Source: Amoebophrya sp. A120
Lineage: Eukaryota > Protista > Dinoflagellata
Length of the DNA stretch: 64,000 nucleotides
Assembly: GCA_905178155.1 (NCBI GenBank)
Contig: CAJINV010000001.1
Coordinates: 11,701,832-11,765,831 of the forward strand
Direction of reading: 5' to 3'
Position 1 is the first letter of the stretch. Every line of letters starts with the position of its first letter. The notes below the pieces were generated by a model. That model was not told the origin of the DNA and searched no databases. It saw only the letters and a program-made list of their open reading frames with translations. Of the stretch, positions 26,459-36,802 are shown in pieces. The position numbers and the translations under genes were made by a program.

Positions 26459-28019
26459 GAGCGCTGATGCAGCTGCTCACACCGCCATTCTTGCGAATTT
26501 AACGAGTAGTGGCTCGAGATCAACAACTTCTCGGGCACGTGCGCTCGGCCACCGACCCATACGGCCATGCCGTGGATTTGTACTGGCGCAGGTCATTCAC
26601 ATGCACAACATCCGGTCATTTGCACGCTGATTTGTACTACACTCTGGTCATTTACACGTAAGTACTTGGAACTACACATATGTTGATGGGCCCCATTTGT
26701 AGCTACATACTGGCTGTCCTCACTGATCCACCTTCGCATGCGATGCGTATTCAAAACTTCATCAAAATAATGCTGGATGACACCTCAGCCGACCTGTACT
26801 AGTTTCTTCGAGCGACAAAACACCAAGTCACGACACGACTGTCACGAAAGCGAACCACTGGAATACAACTCCAACGATTTTTGATTGGACACAGACGAAC
26901 ACGAGAAAGTTTCTGGCAACCCTCTTTGCTCTTGATGTAAGTACATAGAATGATCCTGTGAGCATCTGCATCTTAAGAGGTGAACAACGAAGCCTGAATG
27001 AGCCTGTAATACCTCCCACAAAAGCCGGCATCTGTGGCGTGCGCACCGCCGCACTCAACTTCTACTTTCTCCCGATGGCAGCAGATATGCGTCTACTTAT
27101 CACTACTAGCACAGTGTCAATTCATTTTTACGACGGTCTGTCGATGCTGACCGCCGCAGGCTGCAAGCCCGCGGCAGTTTTCATCGTAAATCCTGCATGC
27201 TAGCGCATACTGCTGCGAGGAAGCTGCCTCCAGGAGCTTTCTTCATTCAAAACTGCGCCAATCGATAGCTGTTGCGACCCGTGTTGAGGTTTTCCTAGTT
27301 CATCATACAGAAGTGCTGCTATCGTATCGTTGGCGACTTCGTGCGCGTCATGTGAGAGCACCCTCGCGAGAGAGACGCGCTGGGTTGTAAGAGAGGTTCT
27401 TATCATGTACTCGATAGAAAGCATATGGTCAACAGCGCAACTACGTGCTGCGCTGCACGACGAGGACCAAGCCGCGTTAACGTGGTTTCCAGACGAAAGC
27501 GTAGGCACTGTGGCTGCACCTCACGTCCGCTGTCAAACAAGTGGCTTGACCAAATCATTGCATGCTTCAGGTCCATTTGTTCGGAGGCATCTAGCTAACC
27601 TCCTTGCTTTGTTGGAAAAAAATAAATGCGTGCCATGCTATTCAAAAATGCTATTCAGAATGCTTGCAGTAACAGTAAGCAGTTGCAAGCAGTATAGGCA
27701 ATTACATGATCGTGATCCAAGTACTACTTGCATCTTGGGCAGCTCGCATAAAACAAATACTTACATAGATATGCTCTTCGCCAGAAAATTTATTTTGAGG
27801 TAAAAACAACAGGCGGAAAGTAGAAGAACAACGTTTAATTATATATACTTCTTACACCAAATAAATGTAAAAATACACAAACTTCCTTCGAGAAGGCCAG
27901 CTCTGCTCATGCTGACGCAATATTTGTACCTACTTATGCGACAGACGACATGCTGGCCCTTCCCAACGAATCCCATGCAAAAGGAATTTTCATACCTGCG
28001 GCAGCGCGCTTCTCGTCTT

Positions 28020-31000
28020 TTATTCCTTCTTCTTTCCTTTTTGTTCCTGACTCTTGCTCTTATCGAAATTTATGAATTGAAGCGGAAAGTTTCTACCCCT
28101 CTGTTCGGGTCCCCAAAATTTCTTCATACCCTTCTGATCGTCCGAGGACACGAGCAGATCTCGATCTGGCTTTCCACTAGCAGACGTCGTAATGCGACGA
28201 AGCAACAACTGATAGTCGACGGCACGTGGGACCCGAGTCCTGGGCGTCGCTTTTTGTAAATTTCCGCGTTTCTCAAAATTGGCTTTTGCCTCTTGTACAT
28301 CTCTTTCAAAATCGGCTTGTGCTTCCTTTTCGCGAACGACGCCGTGGATCATCAAAATGTCATACACGCCCCTCTGTAGCTTCGCTGCCCGATCGCAAAC
28401 TGACCAAATGAAGTTTTCGTCATACGATGGCCCTTCCGGGAGGGGCACTGACTTGCGTCTTTCAAACAAAGACTCAACTGCCGCCCCCCTGCCTGCTGCC
28501 TGTAACACAAGCGCACCGGTCTGCGTACTACGTTCAAGAACATTCAGCGCGTCCTGAGCATACTCGCCCAAGTCCGTCAAGATCTGCGACAGAACTTCCT
28601 TCTGGTCCGTCAATCCTGCCAACTTATCAGCAGGCTTGTGCATCATGTAGGACAAATACGCCACAACGCGCGCAGGTAACTCGTAGCTGTTATTGTTCCC
28701 AGCTGCTTGTGCCAGGTCAATTGTCGTTATGGTGTCCTGGTGACCCACTGGAGCTTCGAGCGCGTTACCCATATTTCGTGCCTCGTCACCGCCACGCTTA
28801 CTCGACACCATAGCCTTCTGATTGCTTGTCTCACCCTCATAGATCGTGAGCCAGGGTTGCATACCGTCGGAGCACAATGTTGTCCGGCTTTGGGCGAACC
28901 TCTTCCGCATGTGCAAAGTTGCAGATATCGTCGGGCTACTTTCGGCATCAGTGAACGCCATCAGGTAAGGCAAGACCCAACTCAGAAACGCGCAGCGAAA
29001 ATCCCGCATGCGAGCGGTGCTGTCCGTTGAAAATGCGAACGCTTTCACCGCAAAAGGAGACCCTTCTAGCTTGAGTTTATGATTGGCTGCATCGTTCTCC
29101 CGCCGGATCTGCTGGATGAGCCGCAGCGCAGCGTCTTTCGTCTCCATGTCTCGCATCGACGTCCCGCCTCTGTTGTGCATCCTGTTGTGCTCCCCTTCTA
29201 TTGCACGTTCAAGAGAAAAGAGGCTGTCAGATTGTGCCCTCGCATACTGCAAACTATCCGGCGGGCGCTGCAATAGTTTCCAGTATGCGTCTTCCGCTTC
29301 ACCTTCACATTGCCTCCTGCATGCCTCGTCGTCTTCCCGCAAAGGCATGGCCCGCCCTGGAAGAGTGGAAAGATGATGCTTTTGCTGCTCCGCAGCTGGC
29401 GTAGAAGCGATGGACGAGGACACCTGAACCACTCCGGGGACAGGAGCACCGCGATTCATCGCAAGCCTCGCAATGGACGCCCTTCTAGAAGAGCAGCATC
29501 GATACCACGGGCGCCGCTGCCCCTCGTCCTCGTCGATGACTCCGGGCCGCGCTGCCGGTTCCTGCGCCAAACGGTCCCGACCAGTGTCTCTGCGAGTCAG
29601 GAGTTCCTGCTCGGGGTTTTGATTCTGTCCGCCTTGCCGGTCCCCCGAACCGCTCTCGCTTTTCTTCAGGTACAGATGATCGAACAACAATTTGCCCACA
29701 TCCTCCAACAGCTCGATTGTGTTGTAAGATGTCAGCACATGCCCGCCGATAAACTTCGGGTTGAAATGATCCATGTTTTCTGTAAGTATAATCCACAGGA
29801 GTCGCCCCCGCATCGACGGACCTTCCCACCACTGCAAGGCGCTACGAGCCCGCCAGCCAAACGCCAACAGGTGCGCTACCTGAAGACCATCACCAGATTT
29901 TTGGGTTGATAAAGTGTCATCGCCGGCTTGCTTCGGTTTTCCGATGAGAGCAGCGGCAAGCTTGTTCGCCGGCGCTACCACATCCAGTGAATACCCAAGG
30001 TAAGCTCTGCGGACAATGACGTTCTTGTTCATATTCTCGGGAGTGAATTTTTCACGCCAAAATTTCGACAAGAGCTGATCGCCAAGCAGTGCGGAACGCA
30101 GCAGCAAGGAGGCATCACTGTGGTGCTCGTACGCACTATAAAAGCGAAACAACGGCGGCTCACCGTTGTCGCGCATCTGTCGTAGCTCTTTCTCTTGCCG
30201 GTCCCAAAGCCGCAGTCGCTGGTAGGCGAACTTTTCGGAGACATCGCGCACGAGCACGAAGCCGCCACGCAGATTTATCAACATGCTGACCCAGTCCGTG
30301 AGCACAGTAGTTGCGCCTTTGTGGGGCACTACGTCTGGGAGCAATCCGGCAAAGGCAGTGCTGCGAGAGAGTAGCAGTTCAAAGTCGGCCACTGCCGGAA
30401 GCGTACTCCGGAGAGGTGCATGCCCCGGAACCTGGTCAGAAGAAACCAGGAGGGGTAGGTTTCGAACCACAATGTTCTCGTGGTAGAAATCCTTCAACAT
30501 TCCGGCGAACTCAAACACAAAGTCGCCCTGAAAGTCAAGCGTTTTCTCGGGGCGCAAGTCGGATCGGGCCACCAAGGATTTCCGGAGAAGTGCAATATTC
30601 AAAAACCGCATGAACAATTGCAGTCGAGAGAAGCTTGGTTCCAATATCTGTTCGCAGAATGTCGTCAAGGCCGGTACCTCAGTCGACATCTGTCCCTGTT
30701 CCAGATTTTGCAGTTCGAGCATAAAGATTCGCATGCCGCGATCATCGCCTCTGTGCTTCTGCACTAGCCGGCTTAGCTTGTCTTTCCATGCTGGGGCATC
30801 GAGAACCTTGCGACGTACTATCCGTGCGATTTCAGTGTCGTCAAGATCATGCGTCACGCTATCCCGCCACATTTGTTGCATTTGAGTTACGGTTTCCTTC
30901 CACCGGGGTCGAAGCGAGTTCGCGGAGTCGCCCGGCCCTTCCGTGATCTCAAACACGTCTTGGAGAAGTTTATCCCGATCCGCACGGTCAGCCACCAATA

Positions 31001-33120
31001 TCTCGACGCTCACGCGAGCACCAGGCTCTGCAGCCTGCTTGTGCTTCCCAGAACCCGATACCGATTTCCCGTCAGCAGCAATGAGGTCTGTCAGAAAACG
31101 CACTCGGCTAGCAAGCCAAAGATTACATTCAGAAAACAACCGATCGTACGGCTCAAGCTGCTTTCTGTTGCTCTTTCGAATTTCTTCCGCAGTTTCGGAC
31201 TCAAAATCGGCTATCGCTATTACTTCGTTCAATTTACGCTCCTTCCCGCGAAGAAGCCCATGTACGTACTCCGTGGCGGGAGCGCCGACCATAATCAAAG
31301 TGCGAAGGATTTCCAGCGCGTTCCTCACCAAGTCCTTCGCGCGGTCATCTAGAGAAACCCCCTCGAAAATCCTCTCTGTCTGCCAACCGCGGAATCGCTG
31401 CATCAGCCGGAGCATTTCAGTCAGGACCAGTTCCACCTTCCGAGCCAACTTCTCCGCAACGGTGGAACCCATCAAGACGGCCCATTCTAGACGGCGGCGC
31501 CCTTCTCGAGTCGCACCGATCTGTAGCCTTGCAAAATGATCGATCAGGCTAACTGACAACGTCTCACGTGGCGCCTCTCGGTACTTCGGCTTGACCTCCA
31601 GGACCAGACACAACTTCTCGAAGACACCAGCAGTCTGGGCGTCCAAGTCGAGGATGGAGTGGGGACCGAGGTCGCTTTCACCCTCCTCGCTATCCGACCC
31701 GGCTGCTCGCACCGCGACGAGCTGGCTCGGTTGCTCGCGCTGCTGCTCCGCGCTACTTGCAGCACTAGCGCCCAGCGTGGGCTTTGCCTCAAACTTGCCC
31801 ATGATCGCTTTGACGTCGTCCTCTGATACCTGCCATAGGGTTAATATCAGGGATTTAAGTGAGTACTAACCTTCTTACTTATGTCACTGAAGGTCTTGCT
31901 CTTCACACAACTGTTGATCAAAAATTTTCTGAGATATTGAATCACTGCACCTCCTGCGGCTCTACAAAGACGCCACTGCAGATTGATGATATTTCAAGTG
32001 GAACCACAGCAATCAACGAACCCCAGCCATCTTCTCACTCTAGAGTAGCTACGTCGAACTCAATTTCGCGGCAATACCTCTGTATTCCGTAACTTGACGA
32101 ACTGCGACCACCAGCTCTTCCACGCCACTTCAGCCTTGTCTGCCTTAAGGGTTTCCAGAAATTGCGCTTCAATACTTGTCCCTTCATCGAGCTGAAGAAA
32201 CCACCTCGGGTTCAAAATAAAGCCCGTCAATTGGCTCGCGTACATTTTGTACGCCTCAATCAGCAAGAGATCTCGCGCCGCCTTTTGGACGGGCTTCATC
32301 TTCCTTTCCACCGCATTCCGCTTTTTTTTCAAATCGGACTCGAGCAGACCTTCGACGAAATCCAGCGCCTCATTCCTTTTATCGTACTCAGCCCCGAGGT
32401 TGTGTATCAGATAGTATGCGGCCAAACGAAATTCTCCGGACGAAATCAGAAACATGACAAAGTCCAGCTTTGTCTGTGCCTCCGCCTCTTGTTCCTTTAA
32501 TTTTGCTTGAGTCTTGTCCTTCGCCTCCGCAAGAGCGTTTTTCGAGGAAGAGGATGACCTACTCGAGGATGCGGATCTGCTTCGACTTCCTCTCCCCCGC
32601 CGCTCGGATGAACTTGGTCGCCCGCGACTGCCTCCCTTGCTTCTACTTCTTCGCAAGGGTGAGTTCTTGCGCTGTTTTCCATCACCCCGGGACCGGCTTC
32701 GTTTACGGCGGCCACGACCCACAGGACCCTGCCCCAGCAATCGCGGATCCACTTTGTACTGTGCGCGTCTCGCTGCCTTCAGCGCTTTCAGGGTGTAACG
32801 GATCACGTGCGGCTCCAGTTCTCCCGTCCCGTGCGCTGGGATGATAATAAAATGGTACGCTCTCCCTGTTCAAACTTGTGGTGGGAGCCCGTAATAGTTG
32901 TCATTGTCCACCCTTGGCGCTCCATCTCTTGAAACACCTGCGTGGCCCGTGTGTGGCCATTGAGGTCGAGGCCAGCAGCAGGCTTCAGCGAGACGCCGGT
33001 CGCGAAGGGTGTGAAAAAGCTTCCCCCTGCAAGGCTCCAAAGCACGATGACAAAAAGGGAAACACGACCCGGCGCCAATTTGCGCGTGGTCGTGTGATTC
33101 ATCGCTGAGGATACGGACAT
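28020..33120 (-). CDS. Predicted secreted large protein (~1,600 aa) with N-terminal HicA-like domain; contains a 1-nt frameshift near 32850-32872
   Basis: Signal-peptide-like VSLFVIVLWSLAGGSFFTPFATG. ORF 32803-33120 overlaps ORF 32060-32806 in another frame. A phase-0 GT-AG intron (32077-31830) joins LRNTE|VSEDDVKAIMGKF to the 1260-aa ORF. Confidence 0.6.
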
Positions 33121-33956
33121 CTTGGGTTGTACTTCACTGAGAAACAGTTTGAACAGTAGAGGGAAACTCGAAGAAGTGCGAAAAGAAGTAGAAGCGTACG
33201 ACTTCTATGTGTAGATTTTTGTGGAAGCTCGTCCACCTTCGAAGAGTCCTTCTGATACGAAGAAAGTGCTGGGAAAAGTCTGCACAAGCGGAAATACTTC
33301 TCCGCTGTTTCAACTTCCTACTATCACGTAACGCACTCCTCTAAAATCGATACTTAGCAGCGACGTCAATAAATTTAAATTTCGATGATGAAGATTAGTT
33401 TGAGTTTGTGGTACTAGATTAGTTTGGGTCGCTCGTTCTTTCAAAATTTTCAAAATACACTTCTTGGAAACTGATACGCGAAATCCCAGAACCACCTGTA
33501 AGCATAACTCGAGAAGGTGGTGTGAGTTCGTGCTGCGCCGTCGATAAGTTAGACTTAAACTTCGAGTAGTGCACTAGACAAATAAGAAATGAGGGTGACA
33601 GGCATTACTCTGACAAGTTGAAATGAGAACTGAGCCGCGACCATTTACTCTGACTCACCGACCTCCTGAAATTTTTCCTGCCACGGCAACCGATAATTGA
33701 TCGAAATGACAATCTTTATTTTGATCTTAAGTACTCAAACCGAGTTTGAATTGCATCGGGTCTATTTTTTCGGTTTCGCAAGGGGCTTTCATGCGAATCC
33801 AGTTTACGGATCGTCTGTCAAACTTTTCATTTGTGTCGTAGCCGCATGCGTCGAGATTCTATGCTTTTAAAAATGCAACTTTTTTTCAACAGCGAATGTT
33901 AGTTTGAGCTGCTCGCTCATGGCAGGACTATTCCATTTACACTTTGGATCTTGCGC

Positions 33957-36344
33957 TCAACGATTCTGTTTGTCTGTTTTTTCACGAGTCAAACTGCTAC
34001 TGAAAAACAAATTCCTCCAGGTGGTAAGATCAACATTTTCAGCCATTTTCTCTGCCACAAAACCCGCAATGGCCCGCCCGAACGCGACATTATCCGGGAA
34101 TCTGCTCAGTCCGGCAATCGCTGCATCCAAGTCCGCTGTTGCGTCGTCGTAGCAGGAAAAAGCGCGCCCGAGGGCCTCTGCAAATTCCGTCCGAGATTCA
34201 GCGAGCAGCTGGCGCTGCAAGTCCGTGGTGCACAGGATGTCCTCCTTTGGTCCACCGGACCGGTGGCACACGCACAGCAGCCGTGCCGCCACAAACTCCA
34301 CAACGGTAATGCCGAAATGCTCGTCCCGCATCGTGTGAATGGCGACTTTGCTGGACCGCAATTTGGCCACCACGTCCGGAAACGGAAGGTTGCGACAGAT
34401 TTTCACACGGTCAGACAGCCCCAGCTCTTCGACAAAATGCTCCAACCCGCCCGCCAGGGCCTCGTCGTCGGCGTTTCTCGTAGACCCCATCATGTCCAGA
34501 CAAGCGTCCAAAGGAAGCATTTTCTTTCGCCACGCTTCGGCAAACGCTTCAATCTGCAGCCGGTGGTCTTTTTCAATACGGAACTGCGCCAGGGAAACAA
34601 CGCGATTGGCGCGCTTCATTCCCGGGAGTTTCGTTCCCCTGCCTACTGAAGTTGTACCACTTGTTGTGTTTCTCGTCTCAGTAGACGAAGTAGTAGTATT
34701 TCTCGCGGGAGCGACCTCTACTGCTGGCCCTTCCGTGGTTATGCTGTTCGTTTTTGACGGGCTTTCTTTCGACAGGAGCTCCTTGTCCCCGGCGGCGACG
34801 AGATTTTCCAGGTCCGTCGGGGGAAACAGTAAGTCGATGTTGCTGTTCTTGAAAAAAATTCGTAAAATGCGACTTCGGGTCCAGCTGGAGTTGCACCACA
34901 CGTGATCGGCGAAGTAGCCGCTAAGTCCGTACAGCAAAAGAAACAGATGGTAGTAGCCGAGTTTCACTTTCGTCAGCACGACGCTCTTCGAGATCCAGGC
35001 TTGGTTGTTGTACATGTGCACGTTGTTTTGCACCCTGGAAATCATGTCAAAGCTCATCGTGGGGTAGTGAATGTAGGTCGCGACGAAAGTGCTACCGAGC
35101 CACTTCGCGACCGGGAGGGCGAACCCGAACCCGGTGCTCTCGATGAAGATCTTATATTACAATGAAAAATGCCCCCTCCCCATATCAAGACGGAAATCTG
35201 TGACGCAGATTTTTTTTTTTTGATTGGGCCCCACGCTGGATTTTTTCATATAAATTCATCACTAAAACTAGGAGGCCGGTGTGCGTTACTTAACATGTGA
35301 TGCAGTTCTACGAATTCACCTGCCTGCCGCAGCAGGTCAAACAGGGCCGACACCTTTCACACAGTTAAGCAGTGCGCGTGTATGCGTGCATTTTTGTTTT
35401 TTGCTCTTACTATCGACGCCCGGTCTTGCAGGGCTCTCGCCCTGTCGTCTCTTGGGCTGTATGCTGCGTGATAATTGACGCCGAAGATCTTTTTGTACTA
35501 AGCTATTTGCAATCAGCTTCAATTTTTACTGTTTTCTATCACTTCCCGGTAGTCGTATCAGGTTTGCATCATGTGTGCATTATCACTGCCCGGAACTGAT
35601 AGAAGAGCTTTTCAAAACCCCAGACGCAGATTTGTGGCCACAAATCAGCTTTGTGATGCTAGAAGGCAAAAGATGCGGACTGTAGTACTGTCTAGCGTGG
35701 GAAAGCCTTGCAGCTCCAGGATGACAGGAGGCCACTGGAAGTGGGAAACAGCATGACAGATTGCCTGCAATTTAGGCCGCAGCTTCGTCTCTTGGCCCTC
35801 TAGCATTACAAGCCGATTTGTGTACTCAAATACAGCATCACAAATTCGCGCATCTTCCGTTTCCGATATGGGGTGGGGGCTTTTTTCACTTTGATATCTT
35901 ACAGGGGCACTTCACGCACGCCTCGACCGCGACCAGGATGGAGCACAGATTTTGCAGCAACAGCGTAAAAACCGGGAATAACCTTGGGTTGTTGGTCAGC
36001 GCGAAAAGCTTCACGGGGACAAACGTCAGCGTCCTTTTCCCTGGTCCCTGCTGCAGCGGAATGCCAAAACCACTCTCCACTCGCTGCAGAATTTCCTCCT
36101 TCTTTGCCGCATTGCTGGGCGTCGTGTAGATTACAACGTCCGCGTCCTTCAAAATTTCCACCACCGCGCACCACAAAACTCTTTCTCCCCCGCCCATGCC
36201 GGAACACTGGGGATGGAAGAAGGCAACCGCGTTGCGTGCGCGCAACCGCTGTACGCAGCGGAACAGAACGAGCACGAGGAGCCATGCTAGCAAAAAAGTG
36301 ACAGAGATAGAACTGATAGTAGAAAGCGATCTAAGCGCAAACAT
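33957..36344 (-). CDS. ALG11: GDP-Man:Man3GlcNAc2-PP-Dol alpha-1,2-mannosyltransferase
   Basis: N-terminal TM segment; VAFFHPQCSGMGGGERVLWCAV; after introner removal KIFIESTGFGFALP...TYIHYPTMSFDM; NSSWTRSRI; SLAQFRIEKDH; HTMRDEHFGITVVEFVAARL...SGGPKEDI. Confidence 0.95.
35155..35896. mobile_element. Introner family B (742 bp, including a nested insertion) in ALG11
   Basis: TATTACAATGAAAAATGCCCCCTCCCCATATC ... GATATGGGGTGGGGGCTTTTTTCACTTTGATA. Perfect TCTTA direct repeats. Removal restores CPCK-IFIES. Confidence 0.92.
35213..35633 (-). mobile_element. Nested poly(A)-tailed retroposon-like insertion with 11-bp target-site duplication
   Basis: GACGCAGATTT at 35202-35212 and 35623-35633, with poly(T) immediately after the first copy. 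742-421 = 321 bp, matching the 322-bp empty family B copies. Confidence 0.85.
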
Positions 36345-36802
36345 CTTGAAGTACTACTTCACCCAGGCGAAGGCTAACCGAGCGTATGTTCCTGTTTCTC
36401 TTTCATTGCCTTCTCCTTCTCACAGACGAGATCTGTATCGCCTAAGGCTATCTTCTAATTTGATCTTCGCAAGTCCAGGAATGGTGGGCTACTGCAATGA
36501 TGATGATCCCACGACACAGAAAGGGAAAATAATACGAAGTAGACAGACAGAGCATCCAGATCATTGGTCAGCTTAATTCCGCTGCAGAAATATGGATCTC
36601 CGTACTACTTTGATGATCGGCTTTTAGACAGCACGTTTGAACACCTTTGCCACCCTTTTGCACAAACTCTGATGCATGGCGGGTTCAGAAATCAGAGTCG
36701 CACACCTTGTGTTCTGTACTATCTTATGGCATTTCTTTAGCACTACCTGTACCTTCGCAAAATAAACGCCCCATATTTTGTCATTGTCCAGTTGAAAGAG
36801 GT

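Noticed and set aside
26500-28000. Short ORFs and three GGTCATT(T/C)-CAC-like repeats upstream of the giant gene
   Set aside because: No recognisable protein or TIR/TSD structure; these could be additional 5' exons or UTR but cannot be supported.
35590-35622. CTGATAG-AAGAGCTTTT-CAAAAC resembling a hammerhead ribozyme core at the end of the nested insert
   Set aside because: The core deviates from CUGANGA...GAAA and no convincing flanking stems could be built by eye.
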